DNA of 64,000 nt. It comes from Candidatus Parcubacteria bacterium (GTDB taxonomy: Bacteria; Patescibacteriota; Saccharimonadia; UBA4664; JBIOIQ01). Under the pieces are notes generated by a model. The model was not told where the DNA came from. It did no database searches and worked only from the letters and a program-made list of their open reading frames with translations. Shown piece by piece: positions 29,359 through 38,794 of this stretch (position 1 is the first letter of the stretch; every line of letters begins with the position of its first letter). The stretch lies in assembly GCA_963718875.1 (NCBI GenBank), contig OY970378.1:1011691-1075690 (forward strand), given 5' to 3'. The position numbers and the translations under genes were made by a program.

Positions 29359-29434
29359 TGGAGGGCCGTCCGGGACTTGAACCCGGAACCAATTGCTTAA
29401 GAGGCAACTGCTCTGCCGATTGAGCTAACGGCCC
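29359..29434 (-). tRNA. tRNA-Lys(CTT)
   Basis: GGGCCGTTAGCTCAATCGGCAGAGCA-GTTGC-CT-CTT-AA-GCAAT...GGTTCAAGTCC...CCA. Confidence 0.96.
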
Positions 29435-29536
29435 TAGTCGTTTACAAAAACTTAACTTTCTGTCATTTATAATCTTCCTGATATAGTCTTTTCTCTTCCA
29501 AGACTTTATATGCTTTTCTGCCAACCTGGCAATAGC

Positions 29537-30109
29537 TTAAGCTTTGCGGCCGGTCATGGCTAGCATTTTTGTTTGGGCATCAGAGTCCTCTGGCACTTCT
29601 ACGATAGGCCCGAAGAGTCCCTTGGAACGAGCACCTTCTGCCATTGGTCCAAAAATTTTATTAGCGAGGGCTACTAAGCTGGGGTCGATTTTGGTATCTG
29701 CGCCAATAGCTTTGGCCAGGTCCCAATTATGGACGGCTATGTCACTGGTTATTTGCTCGCAGTAATCAGCCGCCGATGTATCACCCATCGAGAGGTGAAC
29801 TGTTCGCTCGAGCGCCCCAGGCTGGCTCAAGGTCTCCACGGCAGAGTCAGCTGCAACTGTGGCTGCCATAACTGGATCATTACCCAAAAGGTCCCCGTCG
29901 AATTTGTCGGCAACTTCTGCGATTGTTTTTCCCTCAACCATGGGCTTTATCCACATCAACTCGTTAACCATATGATTAACCAGCTCTCGGGTATCCCAAT
30001 CTGTGTCTGGCGTTGCCGCATTCCACTGGTCGGCTTTGACAGAAGAAACCAGCCTTTTAAATTGATCCGTAGCCAGTTTAAGTAACGCGAGCTCATTCAT
30101 AAACATCAC
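29537..30109 (-). CDS. TIGR03086 / DinB-like metal-binding protein
   Basis: ATPDTDWDTRELVNH, VHNWDLAKAIG, LAMTGR. Confidence 0.85.
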   Translation of the reverse strand: MMFMNELALLKLATDQFKRLVSSVKADQWNAATPDTDWDTRELVNHMVNELMWIKPMVEGKTIAEVADKFDGDLLGNDPVMAATVAADSAVETLSQPGALERTVHLSMGDTSAADYCEQITSDIAVHNWDLAKAIGADTKIDPSLVALANKIFGPMAEGARSKGLFGPIVEVPEDSDAQTKMLAMTGRKA

Positions 30110-30147
30110 CTTTCGTTACGGTCAACTATACGTACAAGAAATTCTTA

Positions 30148-30224
30148 TGGTGCGCTCGGCAGGATTCGAACCTGCGACCCCTTGGTTCGAAGCCAAGTAC
30201 TCTAATCCGCTGAGCTACGAGCGC
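30148..30224 (-). tRNA. tRNA-Arg(TCG)
   Basis: anticodon arm CTTGG-CT-TCG-AA-CCAAG; GGTTCGAATCC; CCA. Confidence 0.96.
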
Positions 30225-30312
30225 GCACTCCCTAATACGTGGTTAAGACTGGGGAATCATAGCATAATGAGGCGATTTTGACTACACTGGTAGAGATGAC
30301 TATTACCAATAT

Positions 30313-31368
30313 ATGAAAACGCGCGCAAACGTATCACTAGCAGGCTTAACCTCCTTGAACTGTGGAGGCCCGGCCGAGAAATTGATTGAAATTGAAAACC
30401 ATGAAGAGGCTAGCCTTGCCTTGGAGTCCATTGACCATAGCCAGCCGTTGTGGATTCTTGGCCATGGCAATAACACTCTTATCTCGGACGCTGGGCTTCC
30501 CGGCACAACTCTGCGTTTTTTTGGTAATGCCGAGCCGCAGGCAGAAGGTACGTTGGTAATTGTTGATGCCGGTGTTTTATGGGACGACTTTGTGCAATTT
30601 TGTGTAGCTCAAAATTTGTGGGGGTTAGAACTTATCAGTGGTGTTCCAGGTGGTGTAGGCGCAGCTGTTGTCATAAACGTTACGGCTTACGGCGAGCGAG
30701 TGTCGGAAACATTGGCGTGGGCGGATGTGCTTGATCCGGCCAGTGGGGTGATTAATCGCATGACCGTTACAGAAATGGATTATAGCTATAAAAGCAGTAA
30801 GCTCATGATGCCTGGATCGCAGCTGATTGTGCTTCGAGCAGCATTTCAACTAGCAGAACAGCCAACCAAGGAACTTGAGTACACATCTGCCCTTCATGTA
30901 GCGGACGAGTTAAAGCTCAAGCCAGACAGTCTGGTTAACCGCCGTACTATCATAATGGAGACGCGTCGACGTGCAGGAGCACTGTATGATCCCGACGATC
31001 CAACCCGCGAACACACCGCCGGATCTTTTTTTAAGAATCCCCTGGTGATCGCCAAAAAAGCCGCGGAACTGTCTGAGTTTGAAGAGGCTAACATTAGCCC
31101 TCAGCAACTGTTGGAACAAAACCGCATTCATGGCGGCGAAGCCCGCCGAGTTTCATCGGCTCATGTGCTGCTAGCGGCTGGGTTTAAGCGTGGGCAAAGC
31201 TGGGGACCGGTACGTTTGCACCCGCAACATGTTTTAAAAATCGAAAACACGGGAGGAGCCAAAGCCCAGGAAATTTATGATGTCGCCCAAGAGATTATCG
31301 CTATCGTAAAAGCTAAACTAGACATTAACCTGGAGCCAGAGGTGCAGTTTTTGGGAGAATTTGAATAA
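30313..31368 (+). CDS. murB: UDP-N-acetylenolpyruvoylglucosamine reductase
   Basis: LGHGNNTLISD, GVPGGVG, AGSFFKNP, LEPEV. Confidence 0.93.
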   Translation: MKTRANVSLAGLTSLNCGGPAEKLIEIENHEEASLALESIDHSQPLWILGHGNNTLISDAGLPGTTLRFFGNAEPQAEGTLVIVDAGVLWDDFVQFCVAQNLWGLELISGVPGGVGAAVVINVTAYGERVSETLAWADVLDPASGVINRMTVTEMDYSYKSSKLMMPGSQLIVLRAAFQLAEQPTKELEYTSALHVADELKLKPDSLVNRRTIIMETRRRAGALYDPDDPTREHTAGSFFKNPLVIAKKAAELSEFEEANISPQQLLEQNRIHGGEARRVSSAHVLLAAGFKRGQSWGPVRLHPQHVLKIENTGGAKAQEIYDVAQEIIAIVKAKLDINLEPEVQFLGEFE

Positions 31369-31372
31369 ATTC

Positions 31373-31400
31373 TGTCATCCCTGCGTAGGCGGGGATCCAG
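31373..31400 (+). repeat. REP flanking the GIY-YIG gene
   Basis: TGTCATCCCTGCGTAGGCGGGGATCCAG. Confidence 0.8.
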
Positions 31401-31404
31401 GCCA

Positions 31405-31689
31405 TTAGAAATCCTCTGCTAAATCTTTCCAGTTCGGGTTACTCTCTTCAATTAATCGCAGCTTCCAAGCTCTCTTCCAATGCTTAATTTGTTTTTCGCG
31501 AAGCAATGCGGAGTTCACGTCATTGGTTTGTTCAAAATAAACCAGCATATGAACACTATTTTCCTTGGTGAACCCATCTATGAGATTGTTTTTATGCTGG
31601 TGCGCCCTAGTTTGCAGATTATTCGTCATGCCAACATAGAGAGTCCCATTGCGCTGACTAGCCATTATATAGACGTAATAAGTTTTCAT
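31405..31689 (-). CDS. GIY-YIG nuclease family protein
   Basis: YYVYIMASQRNGTLYVGMTNNL, REKQIKHWKRAWK, NPNWKDL. Confidence 0.95.
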   Translation of the reverse strand: MKTYYVYIMASQRNGTLYVGMTNNLQTRAHQHKNNLIDGFTKENSVHMLVYFEQTNDVNSALLREKQIKHWKRAWKLRLIEESNPNWKDLAEDF

Positions 31690-31715
31690 TTGTTTATATT
31701 ATACTTTTTTCTTTT

Positions 31716-31743
31716 CTGGGTCCCCGCCTTCGCAGGGACGACA
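31716..31743 (-). repeat. inverted REP flanking the GIY-YIG gene
   Basis: CTGGGTCCCCGCCTTCGCAGGGACGACA, inverted relative to 31373. Confidence 0.8.
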
Positions 31744-31747
31744 ACTA

Positions 31748-32392
31748 CTATTTAATCAAGTGCTTATTATGGCCAGATTCGATCAATAGCCGGTATGCAT
31801 TCTTAACCTCGTCGGGCACATCCATTTCAATTTGGTACCCTTTGGCCGGATATTCCATAATACGTTGCAAATCGCCAACCATAATGCTTACAACTAATTC
31901 CTGGCCGAGCTTTTCCGTGGGATAATTTTCAAAACTGATTGGGGGAGATGAAACAATAAAGTTTTTACTTGGAAAAAGCTTTTTGGCTGTGGCGAACACT
32001 CGTCGCTCCATGTAGGGCTTGGTGACTATAATTACAAGGTTGGCGGAAATATGGTTTTTACTTAACAAGTCCATCGAAAAAAGAATGTTTTCGCCGGTAT
32101 TGGTCGATTTCTTTTCCAGCAATACAGCATCGTCTGGGATGCCGGCTGCAGCCGCAACCTCTGCAAATATTTCAGCTTCGGTTTGGCCAAAACGGTCTTT
32201 AGTTAACGATCCCAAGCCTCCCGAAAAGATTATATGCGGCGCAAGTTCTCTCTTAAATAACTCAACACCGTATTCGGCCACCCGAATATCACTGCTACCG
32301 AGGACTATGATGCAATCGGCTTTTTCGAGGCTCTGGTTCATGTGATGATAGTCCCAGACGATTTTGGCGGCACTTTGGATTTCTGGATTCAT
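31748..32392 (-). CDS. YdcF/DUF218 family protein
   Basis: IIVLGS, FSGG, STNTGENI, KPYMERR. Confidence 0.9.
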   Translation of the reverse strand: MNPEIQSAAKIVWDYHHMNQSLEKADCIIVLGSSDIRVAEYGVELFKRELAPHIIFSGGLGSLTKDRFGQTEAEIFAEVAAAAGIPDDAVLLEKKSTNTGENILFSMDLLSKNHISANLVIIVTKPYMERRVFATAKKLFPSKNFIVSSPPISFENYPTEKLGQELVVSIMVGDLQRIMEYPAKGYQIEMDVPDEVKNAYRLLIESGHNKHLIK

Positions 32393-32730
32393 TTTGAACG
32401 TTCTCTAATCTTTTGATCATCGTCAGCCAGCATGTCCTCCCACGCTTGAGCCATATCAATGTCGAGCTTGGCGGCGATAAAAAGGGCTTCAGCTATGATA
32501 TCGGCCAGCTCATTGGCTAGCTGGGTTTTAAGTTCGGGCTCGGTCTTACCTTCGGCCCAGCGCTCACCTGTGAGCTGTAGCATGATTTTGGACAAGCTCC
32601 CAACTTGGTACGTCAAATCCTTGGCGGCCGATTCCCAGCTCCATGGCTTGGTGCCTTGGGCCACATAGCGGTCAAACGAAGCCACTACTTCGGCTTTGAG
32701 TTGGGCAATGGTCTTGGTTTGCTCGCTCAT
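32389..32730 (-). CDS. MazG-like nucleotide pyrophosphohydrolase
   Basis: QVGSLSK...LANELADI...LDIDM all-alpha pattern. Confidence 0.6.
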   Translation of the reverse strand: MSEQTKTIAQLKAEVVASFDRYVAQGTKPWSWESAAKDLTYQVGSLSKIMLQLTGERWAEGKTEPELKTQLANELADIIAEALFIAAKLDIDMAQAWEDMLADDDQKIRERSK

Positions 32731-32749
32731 CGGAATCTTTTTCCTTTCT

Positions 32750-32936
32750 TGACATCCCCTATCGGCCGTTCGAGGCTCTGAGGAGCCCTCAGGCTCTCGA
32801 AGAGAAGCCAGTTATGGCTGAGTGCTTACGTAATCTGCGCTCCGGATAGGGGATCGAGGCAAAATTATCCAACTGTTTGTTTTGCTTATTTTTTTGTTTT
32901 TTTTATTTCTGGTTCCCCGCCTTCGCGGGGATAACA
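32750..32936. repeat. expanded REP (copy B, with nested insert) plus inverted simple REP
   Basis: TGACATCCCCTATCGG[39 nt insert]AAGCCAG-21nt-ATCTGCGCTCCGGATAGGGGATC; CTGGTTCCCCGCCTTCGCGGGGATAACA at 32909. Confidence 0.75.
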
Positions 32937-33025
32937 AGAATGAACCGTGCAAAAGTTATGTTTGATGTTTGAAAGCTGGCGCTTGAATATTGTCTGTATC
33001 CTTGCTTCTTGGGTCTTGTACCTTG

Positions 33026-34327
33026 CTAATGCTTGTCGCTAGGAAGTGGAAATTGAAGGCAGAAAGCTTTGACCTCTTCGTGCAGCTTTTCAAGGTAAGC
33101 CTCGTCGGTGTGGTGGGTAATGGCCTGGTGCATCCAGCGAGCAATGTGCTCCATGTCGTCCTCTTTCATTCCGCGAGTGGTAATGGCAGGAGTTCCAAGT
33201 CGAATACCGCTGGGATCAAACGGCTTACGTTGGTCGTCGGCAATGACGTTTTTGTTAACGGTAAGTCCCACTTTGTCCAGCGTCTGCTCTACCACTTTGC
33301 CGCCCAATTTGAACGACGTGAAGACATCGGCCAAGATGAGGTGGTTGTCCGTACCGTTAGTGACGAGCTTAAAGCCAAGCTTCATCATTTCGTCAGCCAA
33401 ACGAGTGGCGTTTACCAGAATTTGTTTGGCATAGGTTTTAAATTCTGGTTGCTGAGCCTCGCCAAAGGCTACGGCTTTAGCGAGTATTTGATGTTCGTGA
33501 GGTCCACCTTGTAACCCAGGGAAAAGAGTCCGATCAATAAGCGTTGGTAGTTGTTCTAAGGTATGTTCTGGTTTTTTAAGCCGGTTGCCAACCTCCCCGC
33601 GGGTCAAAATCATGCCCCCGCGCGGACCGCGCAAAGTTTTATGCGTGGTGGTTGTAACCACGTCGAACCCAAAGTCAAATGGGTTTGCTAAAACGCCCGC
33701 AGCAATTAAACCGGCAATGTGTGCCATGTCCATCATGGCAATGGCACCAACTTGATCGGCGATGTCACGAAACTTTTGATAGTTTAACTCGCGGGGATAG
33801 GCAGAGAATCCCGCTAAAATGATTTTGGGCTTTTCTTTCTTTGCCACTTCAAGTAATTGATCGTAATCAATTTCCCCTGTCTCGACGTCCTTCATGCCAT
33901 AGCGCACAAAGTTGAACAGTTTGCTCATAACTGTTACGGGGCTACCGTGAGTTAGGTGACCACCGTGACTTAAATCCATGCCCAATATGGTGTCGCCGGG
34001 TTCCATCCAGGCATGATAGACGGCAATATTGGCTGGGGCACCGGAAAGAGGTTGAACATTGGCATGACCTGCCTTAAACAAGGTTTTTGCACGATCGATA
34101 GCGATGTCCTCTACTTGGTCAGTATACTGCTGGCCGCCGTACCAACGGATGCCCGGGTAGCCTTCGGAGTATTTGTTAGTAAAAATGCTACCCAGAGCCT
34201 CGAGGACTGCCCGTGAAACATAGTTTTCACTAGGAATCAGCTCCACGCCCTCGCGTTCACGCTGCTCCTCGCCTTTAATTAGGGCTCCGAGTGTAGGGTC
34301 TTGGTTTTGTAACGCTTGAAAATCCAT
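33026..34327 (-). CDS. glyA: serine hydroxymethyltransferase
   Basis: LIPSENY, NKYSEGYPG, GGHLTHG, TTTHKTLRGPRGG. Confidence 0.98.
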   Translation of the reverse strand: MDFQALQNQDPTLGALIKGEEQREREGVELIPSENYVSRAVLEALGSIFTNKYSEGYPGIRWYGGQQYTDQVEDIAIDRAKTLFKAGHANVQPLSGAPANIAVYHAWMEPGDTILGMDLSHGGHLTHGSPVTVMSKLFNFVRYGMKDVETGEIDYDQLLEVAKKEKPKIILAGFSAYPRELNYQKFRDIADQVGAIAMMDMAHIAGLIAAGVLANPFDFGFDVVTTTTHKTLRGPRGGMILTRGEVGNRLKKPEHTLEQLPTLIDRTLFPGLQGGPHEHQILAKAVAFGEAQQPEFKTYAKQILVNATRLADEMMKLGFKLVTNGTDNHLILADVFTSFKLGGKVVEQTLDKVGLTVNKNVIADDQRKPFDPSGIRLGTPAITTRGMKEDDMEHIARWMHQAITHHTDEAYLEKLHEEVKAFCLQFPLPSDKH

Positions 34328-34363
34328 CTTAAAAATCTCCTTTTAGAGAATGAGGTAGTAAGC

Positions 34364-34429
34364 TGTCATCCCGAGCGATAATCGAGGGATCTAACTGGAT
34401 AGATGTTTCGACTTACGCTCAACATGACA
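34364..34429. repeat. REP doublet
   Basis: TGTCATCCCGAGCGATAATCGAGGGATCT...AGATGTTTCGACTTACGCTCAACATGACA. Confidence 0.75.
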
Positions 34430-34549
34430 AAGATAAGATGGGGCAAGCTACAACACGTCACAAAATCCTTATTTGTCCTGATTGTAACGGTTTACAGATC
34501 ATAGCGCTAGAGCTACGCCCACAGGAAAAGGACAGACCTTTTCCCAGTG

Positions 34550-35209
34550 TTAATTTTTGCCGTCCCACTCAGTATAAAATCGCTCTAAAAATTCTTTCAT
34601 ATATTTATGTCGTGACTCGGCCATATGTTTGCCCTCGGCCGTATTCATTCTGTCTTTTAGTAAAAGAAGTTTTTCATAAAAATGGTTTATGACGGTACCA
34701 TTACCGTTGTTTTTCATGTGTTCTTGCTTGGTTTTACGTAGGTTAGGCTTAATATTTGGATCATGCATCGCTTCTTGGATGTGTCCGGCATAGGCGAATG
34801 CTCGAGCGATCCCGACGGCTCCCAAGGCATCGAGCCGGTCAGAATCCTGGACTATTTGGCCCTCCAAGTTCGTTGGCCGATCTTCTCCAGTGCCCTTAAA
34901 AGATATGCAATCGATGGAGTCACAAATTCGGCTTGTAAGAGCTGGGTCAACCCGATGACCTTCTAAAATAACGCGAGCGGCTTTTGACCCAGCCAACTCG
35001 TCGCCACTAAACTTCCAATCGGCAACGTCGTGCAGTAGAGCGGTTAGCTCAACTTCAAATTGATCTGCCTTTTCGATTGCACAAATATGTTTAGCCATTT
35101 GCCATACGCGATAAACGTGCCACCAATCATGGCCTGAAGTTTCGCCTTCCATGCGCAAGCGGACTTTGGCGGCCACTGCCGAGATTATAGCTCTTTGTTC
35201 ACTACTCAT
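34550..35209 (-). CDS. HD domain phosphohydrolase
   Basis: GHDWWHVYRV, LLHDV, VQDSDRLDALGA, HFYEKLL. Confidence 0.92.
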   Translation of the reverse strand: MSSEQRAIISAVAAKVRLRMEGETSGHDWWHVYRVWQMAKHICAIEKADQFEVELTALLHDVADWKFSGDELAGSKAARVILEGHRVDPALTSRICDSIDCISFKGTGEDRPTNLEGQIVQDSDRLDALGAVGIARAFAYAGHIQEAMHDPNIKPNLRKTKQEHMKNNGNGTVINHFYEKLLLLKDRMNTAEGKHMAESRHKYMKEFLERFYTEWDGKN

Positions 35210-35739
35210 TTATTATCATTTTGGATATACAATGGTTTGTATTCATATTTATTAAGATCAGCTGCAATGTCATCATACGTCTTACCGCACAACATGCCAC
35301 CGGCCAAAAACTCCTCCTGGGTTACCTCTATCAAACAAAAAACAGGGGGCACAAATTGGTTCATTTCGGCTTCGCTTTCAAATTCAGCGTCAATCAAAAC
35401 TAGGCCCGATAAATCATCCTGAAAAAGATCAATTTCAAGCGTTTTGCCATTGTACGGATAAAAGTAACGCAGTTTCCGCACTCGTTTTCCTAGAATTTGC
35501 GTTAATTCTTCAAACTCAGCAATGTTCAGCTTAATGGTATCTTCGGCTTGTTGAGAAGCATCACCTTGAGCGATATGGGTCTTTTTGGTTATTTCGTAAA
35601 CACCTCCGCGCCTGCGAATGCGTAGGTTCGGGTGGTCTGAACTGGCTGGAATGTATATATCCAGAAGTTCCTTTGAGGGTGCTTCTTTTAAACCCAAGGG
35701 GAGTGAACTGGCTAGAAATGTGCGCTCGAGCTCAATCAT
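35206..35739 (-). CDS. CYTH domain protein
   Basis: IELERTFL, LRIR, KLRY, EIDLF, DAEF. Confidence 0.85.
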   Translation of the reverse strand: MIELERTFLASSLPLGLKEAPSKELLDIYIPASSDHPNLRIRRRGGVYEITKKTHIAQGDASQQAEDTIKLNIAEFEELTQILGKRVRKLRYFYPYNGKTLEIDLFQDDLSGLVLIDAEFESEAEMNQFVPPVFCLIEVTQEEFLAGGMLCGKTYDDIAADLNKYEYKPLYIQNDNK

Positions 35740-36027
35740 GGCTCTATTTTAACAGAAGCCCTAGTTTAGTGAATTAGGCGAATAATTTCCTGATTGGTAA
35801 GTGTCTTGGTGCCGTATTCCTCCTTCAGGAGTTTGATCATACAATTGACGTAGGCCGTCTTTGAGCTATATACACAGTCGGAGGCCAAAATCTCCAGGCG
35901 TTCAAAATTGGCCCCACAGGACTCAAACCTTTTTGGATCTGTACACAGGCGGATATTTGATTGTAAATGTGAAACCTCGCCCGAGAGCGAGGTTTCACTC
36001 AAACGGGCGAGGTGGGCGCTGGCTTGG

Positions 36028-36423
36028 CTAGCTGTTGGCTGAGGGTGCTCCGGGTCGGTCGCTTCGGCCTTCGAAGAACGAGCCCACCTTGTTCTGCTTG
36101 CGCGTCTTCTTGCTCCCGATGTTCATCCATACCTTCGTCGGGCAGCCGACAACTTCTCTTGCGATCCGATCCGCAATCCTGTTGACCGCGTTAGGGGCTG
36201 CTTTGATGCGATCTGGTTGGTAGTACACCTCGAGCCTGATAACGCAGTGCACCCGTCGGTTGATACCAGTGGGGTAGACCGCCGGGATGACGCCGTCGAC
36301 CGGATCGATAACCGGCAGCGCCTTGCAAGCTGTCTCCTCGGCGAGAATCTGGTCGATAGCAGCCACTTGGTCATCGGTAAAGTTGGGTGATCCGAATCCC
36401 GGATAGTAATCGGCGTACGGCAC
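36028..36423 (-). CDS. GC-rich hypothetical protein
   Basis: AGGAG SD before GTG at 36423; hairpins at ~35968-36014; divergent from the TrmB-like regulator. Confidence 0.55.
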   Translation of the reverse strand: MPYADYYPGFGSPNFTDDQVAAIDQILAEETACKALPVIDPVDGVIPAVYPTGINRRVHCVIRLEVYYQPDRIKAAPNAVNRIADRIAREVVGCPTKVWMNIGSKKTRKQNKVGSFFEGRSDRPGAPSANS

Positions 36424-36547
36424 AGCTTTCTTCTCCTGAGTCTGGAGTCGTAATTGTGGTGGCGACTCGTTTATGCAAGCAAACAATATACTTGCATTAG
36501 ATACAATATACTGGTATAATCATACTGTAAATCAAATGATTGTTCAG

Positions 36548-37342
36548 ATGGACAAACAAATTTTATCCACACAACTAACAGAATATGGACTTGAGGAGAT
36601 CGAAGCTCAGGTGTATTTGTTTTTGCTTGAGGCAGGACCACAGACGCCCCTGGAGCTGTCCAGGGCTATAAATATCGATAGATCCAAGGTGTATCGCAGC
36701 ATCGAGAAGCTAACCACTCAAGGCTTTATCGAGCAAAGTCATGCTGCATGGGGCAAAAAGCTGAGGGCAGCGACCCCAGATAACATCTCGAGACTGCTGA
36801 AGCAAGAGGAAGAAGCGCTGCAAAATAAAAAAGAAAGTTTGCCGGATTTGATAAAAGGACTTTCGGACATCTCAACGATCGTGCAGCGAGAGTTTGAAGT
36901 CAAGCACTATCGTGGGCAGGAGGGGCTGCGTCAGATGCTCTGGAATCATTTGGCTGCAACTACCGATATTGTGGCTTTAAGCCACAAGAACAAGAACGAC
37001 ATCGTGGGCAAGAGGTTTGCTGAGAAAATTAGGGCTGAGCAACTAGAGCGGGGAATCGTGCTTTATGAGGTCGAAAACGAAACGGACCAAGGCGACTATT
37101 GGTATACGGATATAGGCACCAAGAATAAAGAAGCCTGGGAGAAGTGCTACAAATCACGTTATATTCCGCCAGAAGTACTGGAGATCACGCAGTATGTAGC
37201 CGTTTTCAATCACACTGTGTCCATTATTAACTGGCAGGACGGGGAAGAGGTAGGCCTGGAGATCATCAATAAGCCATTTGCCGATATGCAGCGTCAGCAG
37301 ATCTGGAAGTTTTGGGAAATTGCCGGGGAAACTTCGGCTTAG
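36548..37342 (+). CDS. TrmB-family transcriptional regulator
   Basis: YGLEEIEAQVYLFLLEAG...RSKVYRSIEKL wHTH; VKHYRGQEG. Confidence 0.88.
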   Translation: MDKQILSTQLTEYGLEEIEAQVYLFLLEAGPQTPLELSRAINIDRSKVYRSIEKLTTQGFIEQSHAAWGKKLRAATPDNISRLLKQEEEALQNKKESLPDLIKGLSDISTIVQREFEVKHYRGQEGLRQMLWNHLAATTDIVALSHKNKNDIVGKRFAEKIRAEQLERGIVLYEVENETDQGDYWYTDIGTKNKEAWEKCYKSRYIPPEVLEITQYVAVFNHTVSIINWQDGEEVGLEIINKPFADMQRQQIWKFWEIAGETSA

Positions 37343-37435
37343 TAGCGTCGTAGGGCACTACTTGGTGCACATGTTGGGGTGGACGCAACCCGTTTTATAA
37401 GCGCAGCCGTTCCGGTAATTTGAAATTGAAGTGGC

Positions 37436-37484
37436 TGGTGCGCCTGGAGGGACTCCCCGGCTCGGTGGCCGGGGTAAACTTCTC
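37436..37484 (-). repeat. duplicated tRNA-Arg(CCG) 3' end plus 26-bp T-loop micro-element
   Basis: TGGTGCGCCTGGAGGGACTC (19/20 match to 39919..39938)-[CCCGGCTCGGTGGCCGGGGTAAACTT]-CTC. Confidence 0.85.
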
Positions 37485-37756
37485 GTCCCTATGATTGTTA
37501 TCTGGTGCCCCTAATCGGACAGCTTTCAAACCCAGGTTTCCATGACGCGATCAGTATTCTGTATCATTCCACGCTGGAAGCCTAAGGCCCGGTACGACAT
37601 CGATTACACCTGCTTACACAAGCTACAAAAAGAAACCTCTTTGTCGTTATACAGCGGGCGGGCTCTGACGAACATTGGCCGAACGTCCAGAAATTGCTTG
37701 TTTGTTGCCGTTGCGTCCTGGAACTTCCGCCAGGCGGCGTGATCGAGCCTGGAAAA

Positions 37757-38137
37757 TCAGGCTGCTCGCTCTGATGAGACTGCTTTGGCCGTTGCAATAA
37801 CTGCATCTCGAGCTGCTTCAAGATTAGCGCTAGCCTCTTCAAGAGCTTTCGCGGCAGCATCGCTGGCTTCTCTAGCCTGAAGATACTCTTCCATGGAGGC
37901 CCTGGTTTCACTTGTGTGACTTTCTACAAGTGCGGGATCAATACCTAGATCGCGTGCGGCATCAACAGCAAGCGCCTCTCTCTGCATATTCCATACGGCA
38001 TCATAGTCCTTGCCTTCTTGGGTAGATCGTTCCCAAGGCGTATCAGTGGCTCGTGCAACGTCTAGCGACTCAGCCGCTCTGCTTGCATTGTCCATTGTTT
38101 CTTTTGATATGTCTTCGTACCCTTGTGACTCGCCCAT
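37757..38137 (-). CDS. hypothetical acidic helical protein
   Basis: AAGGA before MGESQG; Ala/Glu-rich. Confidence 0.6.
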   Translation of the reverse strand: MGESQGYEDISKETMDNASRAAESLDVARATDTPWERSTQEGKDYDAVWNMQREALAVDAARDLGIDPALVESHTSETRASMEEYLQAREASDAAAKALEEASANLEAARDAVIATAKAVSSERAA

Positions 38138-38359
38138 ATGAAAAAGTTCCTTCTTTAAAGCATATAGGATCAATGTTACGCCAAACACTCATTTACACAA
38201 GTTGTTTGATCAAGTGGCCTTAAACGCAAGGCGCCTCCCAGAACTGGCGAGTAGCCTTGCCTGGGAGGCGAATAAGGACGATGGTGACGGGACTGGCTGG
38301 TGACGCCTGTCATGCGACAAGCTCGTCAAGTGACCAGGGCGAGGCGAGGAAATTGGCGA

Positions 38360-38794
38360 TCAGCTACTCGATGGCTTGAGTGCAGAGGGATCAGTGGAAG
38401 CAATAGACGCCTCCAGTAGCCTGCGCAGGGAATCCGGGGTTTCGGGCCCGAATAGCTTGTCGAGCGTTCCTGCTTCCTCCACATTCGCAGCAAACCCTCC
38501 TTCGATCAGTTGACGATGCCGCTCCGCACGCACATCTGGAGGTTCGGGAAGGTAGATGTCACAGTCCCAGTGACCGTCTTCCATAGCATCTTCTCTGAAC
38601 GAGGAGTCTTCTTCGCCGAAGTACTTGGACAAGTCTGTCACTCGGAAGACCAGGTCTTGATCTCCACAATAGAACACATGCCCCGGTCTGACTTGCCAGT
38701 GGGCTTGCAAATCAGTATCGGCTCGGCACAGCTCGATGTACTCGTCCGTGGCCCAAACAGGCCGTTCCTGAAGGTCATGGCCTGAATTGCTCAC
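38360..38794 (-). CDS. GC-rich hypothetical protein
   Basis: GGAGGAGG SD before GTG at 38794. Confidence 0.55.
   Translation of the reverse strand: MSNSGHDLQERPVWATDEYIELCRADTDLQAHWQVRPGHVFYCGDQDLVFRVTDLSKYFGEEDSSFREDAMEDGHWDCDIYLPEPPDVRAERHRQLIEGGFAANVEEAGTLDKLFGPETPDSLRRLLEASIASTDPSALKPSSS

Noticed and set aside
29150-29524. N-terminal extension of the 306-aa phosphatase ORF
   Set aside because: It runs through tRNA-Lys and repeats; the domain and a -10 box support a start at 29149.
32990-33514. Antisense and shadow ORFs over conserved genes (e.g. within glyA, purL, purB, murA)
   Set aside because: They overlap well-supported genes and have no motifs or initiation signals.
35766-36002. 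78-aa ORF
   Set aside because: Its start lies inside a hairpin and it has no recognisable motif or SD.
38225-38350. ZMP/ZTP or purine riboswitch (also looked upstream of purL, purH-N, glyA and folD)
   Set aside because: Only generic hairpins or REPs were found and no full consensus was recognisable by eye; an Rfam scan would be decisive.
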